Source: an uncultured Alphaproteobacteria bacterium (GTDB lineage: Bacteria; Pseudomonadota; Alphaproteobacteria; RF32; CAG-239). Taken from it: 64,000 bases of DNA. The stretch is from the NCBI GenBank assembly GCA_944391405.1, contig CALXTN010000003.1:5587-69586 (forward strand). Direction: 5' to 3'. Positions 17,964 to 28,483 of the stretch are shown here, in pieces (within the stretch, counting starts at the first letter, position 1; each line of letters begins with the position of its first letter). The position numbers and the translations under genes were made by a program. Below the pieces are notes generated by a model. It ran no database searches and was not told the origin of the DNA. It saw nothing but the letters and a program-made list of their open reading frames with translations.

Positions 17964-19928
17964 TTATGCTTTTTTTAGAAGTTGTTTAACTTCTTCCACT
18001 AAATTATCAGAAGTCAAACCGAAATGCTCATACAATTCATTAGCTGGACCTGATGCACCGAATGTATCAATTCCGATGGTTCTTTGTGCAAATCTATTCC
18101 ATCCGAATGTTGCAGCAGCTTCCATACTGATAACAGGTTTGTTTCCGAGAACATCCATTTGGTAGTGCATACTTTGCTCTTCAAATAATTCCATACAAGG
18201 CATTGATACTACAGCAACATCTATATTTTGTTCTAGCAATTTCTTTTGAGCTTCAACAGCGATTGAAACTTCTGAACCGGTAGCAATTATCGTTGCTTGT
18301 CTTTCTTTTTGAGCAAGAGAAATTATATATGCACCTTTAGCTGTTAAATTCTCTTCTGCAGACCGACGCAACAACGGCAAACCTTGGCGAGATAATGCCA
18401 AAATACTTGGACGATGTTCTTCTTCCAAAGCCAACTCCCATGCTTCTGCCGTTTCAACCACATCGCATGGTCTAAATGTTAAAATATTCGGCATTGCGCG
18501 ATATGATGCTAAATGCTCTATCGGTTGATGTGTAGGCCCGTCTTCACCCACACCGATAGAATCGTGTGTCAAAACATAAACCACTCTAATCCCCATTAAT
18601 GCTGCTAATCTCATGGACGGACGTAAATAATCCGAGAACACAAAGAATGTTCCACCATAAGGGATAGCTCCACCATGTAACGCCATTCCATTCATGATTG
18701 CACCCATCGCATGTTCTCTAATACCATACATTATATTGTTTCCATGATAGTCATTGGCTGTTACAGTTTTTAATCCTTCCACAAAAGTCAAGTTGGATGC
18801 GGCAAGGTCTGCTGAACCACCTACAATTTCAGGAACATGTGGCACAATAGCTTTCAGACACATTTCTGATGCTTTTCTGGTTGCCACTTTAGTTTTTTCC
18901 GCTATTGCTTGTTGCTTTACGGCATTCAAAGTATCATTCCAACCTTTAGGTAATTTATTCGCGATGAAATCGTGAAATTCTGTTCCTGCTTCTTGCGCAT
19001 CTTTTACCCATTGATTGTACTCTTCTTTATTTCTGTTTTGAGTTTGACGCCACATTTGTAAACTGTCTTCAGGCACTTCAAATGTCCCATATGACCAATT
19101 TAACTTTTTGCGCATTAATGCTGTTTCTTCTTCTCCAAGTGGAGAACCATGGCACTTTGATGTTCCTGCCTTATTTGGCGCACCAAAACCTATTGTTGTA
19201 CGGCATGCAATCAATGTCGGCTTATCAGATTTTTGAGCTTGTTCTATTGCCTGTCTGATTTCTTGATAATCATGACCATTAATGCTAATGGTATTCCATC
19301 CCATTGCTTCAAATCTCATTAACTGATTGGTAGAACTTGCTTTATCTACCGTACCGTCAATCGTGATATTGTTATTATCCCAGAATACGATTAGTTTGTT
19401 TAATTTTAAATGACCGGCCAATGACGCAGCCTCTTCCGATATCCCTTCCATCAAACAACCATCTCCGGCTATTACATAGGTATAGTGACTGCAAAGTTTA
19501 TCGCCATATTTTGCATTAATCATTCTTTCGGCCAGAGCCATTCCTACCGCTGATGAAATACCTTGTCCCAAAGGTCCGGTAGTCATGTCTATTCCTTCTA
19601 AATGTCCATATTCCGGATGGCCTGCTGTTTTAGAACCAAATTGTCTAAAATCTTTGATATCATCAATGGTTATATCTTTATATCCGGTTAGGTACAAAAG
19701 AGAATACAGCAACATTGATCCATGCCCCGCAGATAAAACAAATCTATCTCTATCAAACCACTTTGGTGCTTCTGGATTTAACTTTATATATTCTCCAAAC
19801 AGAACTGTTGCCACATCTGCCATTCCCAACGGCATTCCTGGGTGTCCCGAATTTGATTTATTTATGGTATCTGCCGCTAAAAAACGAATTGTATTTGCCA
19901 TTTTTTGAAGGACAGTTGTTTCTATCAT
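17964..19928 (-). CDS. tkt: Transketolase
   Basis: SGHPG, RDRFVLSAGHGS, TGPLGQG, GDGCLMEG, GIREH and THDSIGVGEDGPTHQP. Confidence 0.98.
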   Translation of the reverse strand: MIETTVLQKMANTIRFLAADTINKSNSGHPGMPLGMADVATVLFGEYIKLNPEAPKWFDRDRFVLSAGHGSMLLYSLLYLTGYKDITIDDIKDFRQFGSKTAGHPEYGHLEGIDMTTGPLGQGISSAVGMALAERMINAKYGDKLCSHYTYVIAGDGCLMEGISEEAASLAGHLKLNKLIVFWDNNNITIDGTVDKASSTNQLMRFEAMGWNTISINGHDYQEIRQAIEQAQKSDKPTLIACRTTIGFGAPNKAGTSKCHGSPLGEEETALMRKKLNWSYGTFEVPEDSLQMWRQTQNRNKEEYNQWVKDAQEAGTEFHDFIANKLPKGWNDTLNAVKQQAIAEKTKVATRKASEMCLKAIVPHVPEIVGGSADLAASNLTFVEGLKTVTANDYHGNNIMYGIREHAMGAIMNGMALHGGAIPYGGTFFVFSDYLRPSMRLAALMGIRVVYVLTHDSIGVGEDGPTHQPIEHLASYRAMPNILTFRPCDVVETAEAWELALEEEHRPSILALSRQGLPLLRRSAEENLTAKGAYIISLAQKERQATIIATGSEVSIAVEAQKKLLEQNIDVAVVSMPCMELFEEQSMHYQMDVLGNKPVISMEAAATFGWNRFAQRTIGIDTFGASGPANELYEHFGLTSDNLVEEVKQLLKKA

Positions 19929-19940
19929 TGTTTCAGCTCC

Positions 19941-21098
19941 TTAATTGTTTTCGTGATTAATTTCAAATAAAGCTATAAGTTCTTGGTGCGGTGAATATAC
20001 AAATTGATCAACCATCACAACTTTTTTAAACTCATAACCACTTTCTATCAATGTTGTTGCATCATACACAAACGTTTTGGGATTGCATGATACAAACACA
20101 ATTTTTTCTGGACGTTCTGATGAGGACAAAGCTGCAAGCACACGACATTGTTCATGAGCTCCTGCCCGAGGCGGATCTATCACCAATGCCTTTACTCCTT
20201 TCAAATCAGAAGCATCCATCGGATCTTTAAATAAATTGCGCTCAATAATTTTTACATTTTGAATTTGATTACGATTAAGTGCTTTTTGTAATCCTTGTAA
20301 TGAAGCCGACGAAGAATCGGATGAGATAATTTCATTTTCCTTATTCTGAGCCAATGGATAAGTAAATGTTCCAAGTCCACAAAACAAATCCGCAATTTTC
20401 CCTGTTGTATTTTCCATATACTCCATAACTTTATTTATCATAGCTGTTTCTGAGGCTTTAGATGCTTGTAAAAATACACCTTGAGGAATCGGTATTGAAA
20501 ATCCTGCAACACACAGTTCCGGAGACACTTTCTCCACTACCGTTTCTGCTGACATATTACCTACAACCCACGATAAACGCACTATATTTGAAATTTTATT
20601 TACAAATTCTCCCACCAACAATCTATGTTCCAGAGATGGTTCGGTGTTTAACTTTAAAAGAATATCCATGCCGTTGTCTGCATATAATATTTGTATTGAA
20701 CCTGATTTAATCGGCTCTTTTTGTTTGGCTTGTTTTTTCCTTTTTAACGGGAGATAACTTTGAGAAACAGAACAAAACTCTTGTAAAAAAGCTTTAATCT
20801 CCGGCAACAACTGATTGATTTCCGGTAACAACATCGGACAATTCTCTATATCTACCAAATTGTGCGTTTTACTCTCGTTAAACCCTAAGCATAATTTACC
20901 TTTGATTAGTTTGAAGTCCATCTCTGCTCGGCGACGATTTCCATCACCGATATATATTGTGTTTTCTATAACCGGATGTGCCCCTTTTATATTACCGATG
21001 GTTTGTTCAAAATCTTTTTGTTTACGTTGACGATATTCTTGTTCCCCTAATTCACGAAAAGGGCAACCGCCACATCTCTGACAAGTTTCATTTATCAT
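19941..21098 (-). CDS. TrmA/RlmD-family RNA m5U methyltransferase, no TRAM domain
   Basis: CxxCGGC, FLQ, DLFCGLG, IDPPRAGA, VSCNP and DQF motifs. Confidence 0.9.
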   Translation of the reverse strand: MINETCQRCGGCPFRELGEQEYRQRKQKDFEQTIGNIKGAHPVIENTIYIGDGNRRRAEMDFKLIKGKLCLGFNESKTHNLVDIENCPMLLPEINQLLPEIKAFLQEFCSVSQSYLPLKRKKQAKQKEPIKSGSIQILYADNGMDILLKLNTEPSLEHRLLVGEFVNKISNIVRLSWVVGNMSAETVVEKVSPELCVAGFSIPIPQGVFLQASKASETAMINKVMEYMENTTGKIADLFCGLGTFTYPLAQNKENEIISSDSSSASLQGLQKALNRNQIQNVKIIERNLFKDPMDASDLKGVKALVIDPPRAGAHEQCRVLAALSSSERPEKIVFVSCNPKTFVYDATTLIESGYEFKKVVMVDQFVYSPHQELIALFEINHENN

Positions 21099-21248
21099 TG
21101 TTCCTCTCTTTTTTTCTTTTCTACAAAAAAAATATCAGAAACACAAGCAATAGTTTTAAACATTTCTGCACCCAATCTAAAAAAAAGAGATGAATATTTT
21201 TTTTAATGGTATATAATATGTCTGTAATTCATTTTTAGGGAGCTTTTT

Positions 21249-22397
21249 ATGTTAGTACATATTCCTGATCATTTTAGTTCAAAGCTAAATTTTAATCTTC
21301 AAAAGACCCCCGTTTCTATTACGGATCGCTCATCGCTTTGGATGGTTATTTTCGGATGGTTTTTCGGAACATTACTTTTATGCTTGGGTGCTTTTGAAAT
21401 GTTCAGCTTTATTACTGCCGAAAAAGCTGAAGGGCAGTCATTCATTGTTGTTGAGATTTTCTCTTTCATTGTGATCATGATTGCTATTGGACTTATTGTT
21501 GCTTCCTTTTTCTCTTTTGTCAGATACAAAAAATTCTTCTTTGATGGAAAGAATTTTACAATTGTTTATCGCCCTGCTTTAGGGATTAAACATCAACTTA
21601 CCGAATCTGTTGAAAATTATATGGGCGTTCGTCTAAGAGTGCTTTTTGTGCAATCTGGACTTTTTAACCGCAGCCGTTATATTATTGATTTATATCATAA
21701 AGATTCAAATAAAATCGTCCCTCTTTATATTTCAATGAAAAATAAAAATATCCGTAAAATTTGGGAAAATTATGCAAAAATGTTTAATCTGCCGGCATTA
21801 AGCGTTAGTGACAGAGGACTTATTCAACGTGATTGTGGTGATTTAGATAAATCATTAAAAGAATTAGCTCAAGAGCAAAAGCTCCCCTTTATTGCCAGCG
21901 GAAAATTTCCGGCACCGGCTTCTGTTATTGTTGAAGAACAGCTAAAATCCACCTCTCTTGAGCCTCGTGGTATCTATTGGGATATTTTTAGCGCACTCTT
22001 TTTGTTAGTTGCTATTTTCTCCGTTCTTTTACTCATTGCTGGAGGTGTTTATTTAACAATCATAGGCACAACCATTCCTCTTAAATATTGGGCTTTTGGT
22101 GCTTTCTTATTGTTGGCTATCATCTATTATTCAATGAAACTTTTCAATTCATATAGACTTGTAATTGATAACAATTCTGTGCATGTAATTACAACACTAC
22201 TCGGCTCTCCTGTTTCTGAGCAAAGCATTGATGTTAAAAAAATTGAGAATGTTGAACTTGCATATAACCCAACTATTGATCGCTATAATTTGGCAATTAT
22301 CAGTGATGAAAAAATCATTAATTTCGGCAGTCGTCTTCCAGTTAATGATTTGATTTGGGTGCGCGATTTTGTTATCAAAAAATTAATTGGTAATTAA
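21249..22397 (+). CDS. Hypothetical membrane protein, two (2-TM + soluble domain) halves
   Basis: Hydrophobicity pattern. GGAG RBS. Confidence 0.7.
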   Translation: MLVHIPDHFSSKLNFNLQKTPVSITDRSSLWMVIFGWFFGTLLLCLGAFEMFSFITAEKAEGQSFIVVEIFSFIVIMIAIGLIVASFFSFVRYKKFFFDGKNFTIVYRPALGIKHQLTESVENYMGVRLRVLFVQSGLFNRSRYIIDLYHKDSNKIVPLYISMKNKNIRKIWENYAKMFNLPALSVSDRGLIQRDCGDLDKSLKELAQEQKLPFIASGKFPAPASVIVEEQLKSTSLEPRGIYWDIFSALFLLVAIFSVLLLIAGGVYLTIIGTTIPLKYWAFGAFLLLAIIYYSMKLFNSYRLVIDNNSVHVITTLLGSPVSEQSIDVKKIENVELAYNPTIDRYNLAIISDEKIINFGSRLPVNDLIWVRDFVIKKLIGN

Positions 22398-22469
22398 AAA
22401 CACTTTTTCGTTGCGCTTCAATTGTCGCTTTGGTACATTTATATAAATTATACATTTTAACTGAGGGAT

Positions 22470-23201
22470 ATGGTCATGGCAAAAGACATTAAACGTAATA
22501 GTGAAAAAAGCAAAAACGCTACTCAGGGTAGCAATCCTTATTTCAATTTGGATGCTGAAAAGGCTTTTTTTGAAGAAGTTGATGAAGAAGTCAGAAATGA
22601 AAAATTTAAAGAACTTATCAATAAGTATGGCGGCTATATTCTGACGTTTGTAATTTTGGTTTTGGCTTTTGCCGTTGGTTATGAAAAAATCGGCGAATGG
22701 CGCATTAGCAAAGCAGAACAGACCAATGCTCGTTATGTTCAAGCTGTTTCTGCATCTTCTGATTATGAGAGCAACATTGCAGAATTAGAGAGCATCGTGC
22801 AAACAGAAACTGGTTTATATAAAGATATTGCGCGCTTACAGATTGCAAATATTCTACTTGACAATAACCAAACAGATAAAGCGTTGACGGTTTTGTCTCA
22901 AATTAGCGATGATGCTTCTGCTAGCGAAAAAATTAGAGAAATAGCCGCAGTTAAATTAGCTACATATAAAATAGACTCGTCTTCATATAACGAAATTGAG
23001 AAAATTTTGACACCTATCGTTCAAAAAGGCGGGGCTTGGGCTCCTATGGCCAAGGAATTATTGGCTATGTCTGCCATCCAAAATAAAGATATGGCTAAAG
23101 CTAAGGCGATTTATGAAGAATTGCTAGCAAGTGGTAACATATCTGAGGAATTTAAGGCCAGAATTAATGATATGCTGGCATCTATTAATGAAGCTCAATA
23201 A
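22470..23201 (+). CDS. YfgM-like membrane-anchored TPR protein
   Basis: FFEEVDEEVR motif, single TM, position upstream of bamB-like and der. Confidence 0.8.
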   Translation: MVMAKDIKRNSEKSKNATQGSNPYFNLDAEKAFFEEVDEEVRNEKFKELINKYGGYILTFVILVLAFAVGYEKIGEWRISKAEQTNARYVQAVSASSDYESNIAELESIVQTETGLYKDIARLQIANILLDNNQTDKALTVLSQISDDASASEKIREIAAVKLATYKIDSSSYNEIEKILTPIVQKGGAWAPMAKELLAMSAIQNKDMAKAKAIYEELLASGNISEEFKARINDMLASINEAQ

Positions 23202-23321
23202 AATTATTGAGCTTTCTTCTTTTGGTATGTAGATGAAATGATTATATTAATGTGGTAAGTTTGGACTATTATATTTAATTTCTATAAGTTTTGTTATGTA
23301 ATATCATTTTAGGAGATCTCT

Positions 23322-24638
23322 ATGCGTTGGTTTAATAAAGGTTTTTGTGTCTGTAGCATGGCTCTTTGCTTAGTTGCATGCGCTCAAGATAAAAAATTGC
23401 CGGAAGGTATCAGAGTTTCTGTTCTGGATGATAATTCACCTGAACTGTCTCTTGATAACAAAAAAGTGAAATCTTTGCCAGCTCCCTATACTAACGCAAC
23501 TTGGAGCCAAACAGGCATTAATCCTCAGCATATTATCGGTAATCTTCAAGCAGGATTTACTCTTAAAGAAAAATGGGCGCAAAGCTTTGGTGAAGGTATT
23601 AATAAGCGTGACTTATTATTAGCAGCGCCTGTTGTGGGAAATAATTCTATTTTTGTAATGGACACTAAAGGCAAAGTTTCCGCATTCAATTTAGAAAACG
23701 GGAAAATGCTTTGGGAAAATAAGTTATCTGCAAATATTGGCGGATTTAAAGAAACAAAAAGTCGTGCGTCTGGTTTAGCATTTGATAATAATACATTATT
23801 TGCTACAACCGGTTTTGGCGGTGTATTTGCCATGAACGCTCAGACGGGAGCTCCTAAATGGCGCAAAGTTATGGAATCTCCTATTCGTATTGCCCCCACA
23901 GTCACATCTAATATGCTTCTTGTGCAAACTGTAGATAATAGACTTTACGCTTTAGATAAAACTAACGGACAAGAAATTTGGCGCTTTGGCGTTGCGCATG
24001 AAGACACTGTTATCGCAGGAGGTGCTGCTCCGGCGTATGATGCGGAAGACAATGTAGTTATTGCAGGCTTTTCAAACGGAGAAATTGTTGTGCTCAATGC
24101 AACTCTAGGTACGCCATTGTGGTCGCAAATGCTCGTTTCTAATAAGCAGGCTCGCTCTACAACAGAAATTAATACTATTGGTGCCTACCCGATTGTTGAG
24201 GATGGCGTTATCTATGCTATTAGCAATAGCGATGTAATGGCTTCATTTGATATGAGAACAGGTGATAAACTTTGGGAAAAAGAGATTGGCTCAATGCAAA
24301 ATATGCTGCTTGCCGGAGACTATATATTTATTATTTCTAACAAAAATATTTTATATGCATTAGAAAAGTATTCCGGAAACATCATTTGGGCTTTGGATGT
24401 TCGAGATTATTTAACAGATGAAGATACTAAGGCTGCAATTTATGCTGCGCCCCCTCTCATGCTTAACGGACAGATTTTACTAGCCTTTTCTAATGGGAAA
24501 ATTTTAAAAGTTGATGCAAATAATGGGATTGTTGTTGCTAAAACGGAGCTAGAAATTGATATCAGCAATGGTTTGATTGCAGCTAAGCAAAATGTTATTG
24601 CTGTATCAGACGATGCGGATATTATTATTTTTGAATAG
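23322..24638 (+). CDS. bamB: PQQ-type beta-propeller lipoprotein (BamB-like)
   Basis: LVAC lipobox, A.D..tG...W repeats, yfgM-bamB-der synteny. Confidence 0.8.
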   Translation: MRWFNKGFCVCSMALCLVACAQDKKLPEGIRVSVLDDNSPELSLDNKKVKSLPAPYTNATWSQTGINPQHIIGNLQAGFTLKEKWAQSFGEGINKRDLLLAAPVVGNNSIFVMDTKGKVSAFNLENGKMLWENKLSANIGGFKETKSRASGLAFDNNTLFATTGFGGVFAMNAQTGAPKWRKVMESPIRIAPTVTSNMLLVQTVDNRLYALDKTNGQEIWRFGVAHEDTVIAGGAAPAYDAEDNVVIAGFSNGEIVVLNATLGTPLWSQMLVSNKQARSTTEINTIGAYPIVEDGVIYAISNSDVMASFDMRTGDKLWEKEIGSMQNMLLAGDYIFIISNKNILYALEKYSGNIIWALDVRDYLTDEDTKAAIYAAPPLMLNGQILLAFSNGKILKVDANNGIVVAKTELEIDISNGLIAAKQNVIAVSDDADIIIFE

Positions 24639-24655
24639 AATGAACGGAGCTTATA

Positions 24656-25591
24656 ATGGTTAAAATTGTTGACGCCTCTACTGAAATCTATCATTTAGAT
24701 AGTTTGGATAATTTATGCACTCATATTGAAAGATGCGGTCGCACCTGTTATAAATCTGAAAATTTAATTACAAATGAAACGGCTATTCCCTTTATTTCAG
24801 GTATTTTGAAAAGTGGACACGAATCAGTTATTGAACATGCAAATGTTATCTTTTCTATGCCTAATATCGAAAAAAATCGCCATATTTTAACTATGAAAGA
24901 TGTTCGTGGTATGAACTTTTCTATTGAAAAAGATCCGCTCATAGATAAAGAGGTTATAGTTGTTTCTGGTAATATGCGCGCTTTTCGCGATATTGCCAGA
25001 CAATATGGGGTACATGACTTTTTGAATCTTATTGGTAATCCGTTATTTTATATTAATCCAGATGCTGAATCTCGTTTTGAAAATGTCAAAATCGAAAGTG
25101 TTCAAAGTTCCAGATTTTCGGAACTGCACAATTATATCACAACACATTCTGTTTGTGATTTGGGGGCTTATAAAGATATTACCAGACATCGTTTAGCTTC
25201 TTTTTCTATTGAATCTACCAGATACTGCAACTATTCAAAAGGTAAATTTGGTAGTGAATTAACAGTTATTGAGCCTTGTAATATAGAGAAAAACTCTCCA
25301 ATGTATGAAGAGTGGTTAAAGTGTATGAATATGATTGAAGCTTCCTATATGAAGATGGCTGAAATGGGTGGTAAAGGCGACCAACTTAGAATGCTACTTC
25401 CCCACTCTATTAAAGCAGATATGATTATGTCTTCTAACATAACTGAATGGCGTCATATATTTTCCTTGCGTTGTCATTCTGCGGCTCATCCTTCTGTGCG
25501 CTTGGTTATGAAGATGATGTTAGAGAAATTTTATCAGATGTTTCCGAACTTCTTTGTTGACCAATATGAGACTTTTATAAAAAATCAGTAA
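24656..25591 (+). CDS. thyX: FAD-dependent thymidylate synthase
   Basis: GRTCYKS, GHESVIEH, RHRLASFSIESTRY and EWRH...LR...AAHP. Confidence 0.93.
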   Translation: MVKIVDASTEIYHLDSLDNLCTHIERCGRTCYKSENLITNETAIPFISGILKSGHESVIEHANVIFSMPNIEKNRHILTMKDVRGMNFSIEKDPLIDKEVIVVSGNMRAFRDIARQYGVHDFLNLIGNPLFYINPDAESRFENVKIESVQSSRFSELHNYITTHSVCDLGAYKDITRHRLASFSIESTRYCNYSKGKFGSELTVIEPCNIEKNSPMYEEWLKCMNMIEASYMKMAEMGGKGDQLRMLLPHSIKADMIMSSNITEWRHIFSLRCHSAAHPSVRLVMKMMLEKFYQMFPNFFVDQYETFIKNQ

Positions 25592-25718
25592 TTTTAATAG
25601 CGTATTTGTATTTCATAAAAACCGATTATAGGCCCTTTTATTTAGCGCTTGAAAAATTAGCTCATTTATGTTATATACTTGAGCTAGTGTTTATTTGATT
25701 TAGCTAAAAGGATAAAAA

Positions 25719-27140
25719 ATGGCGCTTAAAGTTGCAATTGTCGGGAGACCTAATGTTGGTAAATCCACTCTTTTTAACCGCTTGGTTGGCAAAAAATTAG
25801 CCCTTGTGCACGACTTACCAGGTGTTACTCGTGATAGAAAAGAAGCTGTTGCAAAACTGAAAGATTTAGAATTGGTTGTTATTGACACAGCCGGTTATGA
25901 AGAAGCTCCTGAGGGACAAATGGAGCAACGCATGTGGCAACAAACTAAGCGCGCCATTGATGAATCTGATGTTGTATTCTTCTTATTTGATGCTCGTGCC
26001 GGAATGCAAGCATATGATGAGCATTTTGCTGATTTAGTGCGCAGAAGTAAAAAACCAGTATTGCTTTTAGCTAATAAATGTGAAGGAAAGACACACGAAC
26101 AAGGAATTTATGAAGCCTATAAATTAGGACTTGGCGACCCTATAATCTTTTCTGCTGAACATAATATTGGTTTTGATGAGCTTTATCTTCAGCTAAAGGA
26201 TTTCGATGAGCAACTAAATGTCTCTGATACTGAAAAAAGTACACTAGAAGCAGCACAAGCAGATAACTCTTTGCCTGACAACATTTCAGAAGAAGATGAG
26301 AAAAATTATATTGAAAATTTGAAAACACGTCCGATACAAATTGCCGTAGTCGGGCGTCCTAATGTTGGTAAATCAACGCTTGTTAACGCTCTTCTTAATG
26401 ATGAGCGCATGCTGACTGGCCCAGAAGCAGGACTAACTCGCGATGCCATTACTACTCGTTGGGAATGGAAAGGCTGGACTATTAACCTTGTTGATACAGC
26501 TGGTCTTAGAAAGCAAGCTAAAGTTTCCGGCGCTATTGAAAAAATGTCGGTGGAAAGCACACTTTACGCTGCAAATATGGCTCAAGTTGTTATTTTGGTT
26601 TTAGATGCGGATGGAGTTCTTGATAAGCAAGATTTAACTATTGCGCGCAAAGTTCTTGATGAAGGACGCGCCTTAGTAATAGCTGTCAATAAATGGGACA
26701 TTGCTGATAAAAAAGAGGCTTTACAAAAATTAAATGACAAACTGCAAACATCTCTTACTCAGGCAGAAGGTGTTCCAACTGTTACAATTTCCGCTCTAAA
26801 GAAAAAAGGATTAGATAAACTTTTAAGCGCGGTAATTAAAGTTTATGAGCGCTGGAATGTTCGTATTCCTACCGCTCCACTTAATAAATGGTTCAAAGAC
26901 GTTCAAGAACAAAATCCAGCACCGTTAGGTAAAAATAAGCGTCGTATTAAGCTTCGCTACATCACACAAGCTAAAACGAGACCTCCGGCATTTTTTATTT
27001 TCTCAAGTAATCCTGAAGGGCTCCCTGATTCTTATCTGAGATATTTAATAAATCAGTTGCGTGAGACTTTTAATCTTCGTGGTGTTCCGATTAGAATAAC
27101 TGTTCGGAAATCTGATAATCCTTATGCTGATAAAGACTAA
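25719..27140 (+). CDS. der: Ribosome biogenesis GTPase Der
   Basis: Two GRPNVGKS/DTAG G-domains and a KH-like C-terminus. Confidence 0.98.
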   Translation: MALKVAIVGRPNVGKSTLFNRLVGKKLALVHDLPGVTRDRKEAVAKLKDLELVVIDTAGYEEAPEGQMEQRMWQQTKRAIDESDVVFFLFDARAGMQAYDEHFADLVRRSKKPVLLLANKCEGKTHEQGIYEAYKLGLGDPIIFSAEHNIGFDELYLQLKDFDEQLNVSDTEKSTLEAAQADNSLPDNISEEDEKNYIENLKTRPIQIAVVGRPNVGKSTLVNALLNDERMLTGPEAGLTRDAITTRWEWKGWTINLVDTAGLRKQAKVSGAIEKMSVESTLYAANMAQVVILVLDADGVLDKQDLTIARKVLDEGRALVIAVNKWDIADKKEALQKLNDKLQTSLTQAEGVPTVTISALKKKGLDKLLSAVIKVYERWNVRIPTAPLNKWFKDVQEQNPAPLGKNKRRIKLRYITQAKTRPPAFFIFSSNPEGLPDSYLRYLINQLRETFNLRGVPIRITVRKSDNPYADKD

Positions 27141-27169
27141 AAAAAGAGCGTTAGAAAGACGCTCTTTTT
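27141..27169 (+). terminator. der terminator
   Basis: aaaaagagcgt..acgctcttttt. Confidence 0.8.
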
Positions 27170-27203
27170 ATTTTAATATCTCTTTACTGCTTATATTTCA
27201 CAT

Positions 27204-27232
27204 AAAAAAAGAGGTGCCGGCAGACACCTCTT
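27204..27232 (-). terminator. Pilin gene terminator
   Basis: aagaggtg/cacctctt stem with a U-tract on the minus strand. Confidence 0.75.
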
Positions 27233-27255
27233 CTTTTTCTTTAACAAGAAGTGGC

Positions 27256-27912
27256 TTAGAAGTACTTCCAAACTACACCGTTCAAGCTTTGTGCGCAAGC
27301 AGCATTTGCATCAACGATGCTATATGGTAAACCATGATCTGTGTCTCCAGGAAGGTGTATATTTGTATTTGCTGTATAGCTAGATGTCGGTCCTGAGATG
27401 TTATCAATATTCCCTTCTGCAGAACCTGAAGCACCAGCACCAATCCACATAGCAGCTAAACCAGAACCTGCGTCTCCACCCCAGTCAGTTGTTGCGATTG
27501 ATACGCAAGCGCTCTGAGGAATCTGGTCAAAGCTGAGCGCAAATGCCATTTCATCTCCATCATCGGACTGGTCAACAGCCTGAATAACTACTTCACCACC
27601 AAATGCATTAACTATTCTCAATTCTGCAGAAACACTTCCGCTAGCGGATGCGGATACTGTTTCGTACATTTCAGTAGGAATCAAGCCTGCTTGAACTGCC
27701 ATACCGTTTGTCAAACCAGAATATGTTCTTTGTGAAGAGAACAATGTTCTAATATTGGTAGAAATCATCTGTACTTGATCACTTACTTTATTGGTCTTAA
27801 ACTTGTTCATAGCTTTTGAATAACCAGCAATACCACCAACTGACAATACGCCAACGATAGCCAAAACGCCGAGCATTTCAATCATTGAACGACCTTGTTC
27901 ATTAACTCTCAT
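27256..27912 (-). CDS. Type IV pilin-like protein (PilS/type IVb-like head)
   Basis: Class III signal EQG|RSMIEMLGVLAIVGVL with Glu at +5. NAFGG..V and IPQSACVSIA motifs. Cys pair. Strong RBS. Confidence 0.85.
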   Translation of the reverse strand: MRVNEQGRSMIEMLGVLAIVGVLSVGGIAGYSKAMNKFKTNKVSDQVQMISTNIRTLFSSQRTYSGLTNGMAVQAGLIPTEMYETVSASASGSVSAELRIVNAFGGEVVIQAVDQSDDGDEMAFALSFDQIPQSACVSIATTDWGGDAGSGLAAMWIGAGASGSAEGNIDNISGPTSSYTANTNIHLPGDTDHGLPYSIVDANAACAQSLNGVVWKYF

Positions 27913-28126
27913 ATTAATTCTCCTAAAATATATAAACCTTAGACATTGTTTACTTTACATCAAAAAATATTTTTTACAATTATGTAAATAGTCATATCAT
28001 CTAACTAAAGTAATAGGCAAGGTTGTTACCTCTAAGTTTATTCCCACAAGCAGTCCTAAACTTAATTTGGAGTTTAGCGAAAAAAACTTAATATTTTCCT
28101 AATAATATAAACATTTTCTCTTAATT

Positions 28127-28468
28127 TTATCCAAAAGTTCTACCTCCACACCCAATTTGCGATGCAGGGGTATTATTTAAGGAGATGTTTATATTATTTA
28201 TATCTTCTATATCAAGCTCAGCTTCTAGTAGATTAGTGAGTGCTTCGACTAATTTATCTTTGTTGCTTAATCCGATAGAAACCAGTTCTATCAAAGCACC
28301 TTTATTTGCACTGCTACCACCAAACGCCATATTGGAGTTCTGCATAATATTGACCACAACATAAGATATCGGTTTCCCTAATATATCTGCTGCTAATTCA
28401 GATACTTTCTCTGCTAACTTTTTACCATCTTTGATTTCTGCATTAGTATAAACTGTTAGAAATGGCAT
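28127..28468 (-). CDS. MIF/phenylpyruvate tautomerase-like protein
   Basis: N-terminal Pro (MPFLTVYTN), LGKP.SYV, MAFGGS, SIG and C-terminal G.GG.TF. 113 aa. Confidence 0.85.
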   Translation of the reverse strand: MPFLTVYTNAEIKDGKKLAEKVSELAADILGKPISYVVVNIMQNSNMAFGGSSANKGALIELVSIGLSNKDKLVEALTNLLEAELDIEDINNINISLNNTPASQIGCGGRTFG

Positions 28469-28483
28469 TGTTTTCTCCTTTAA

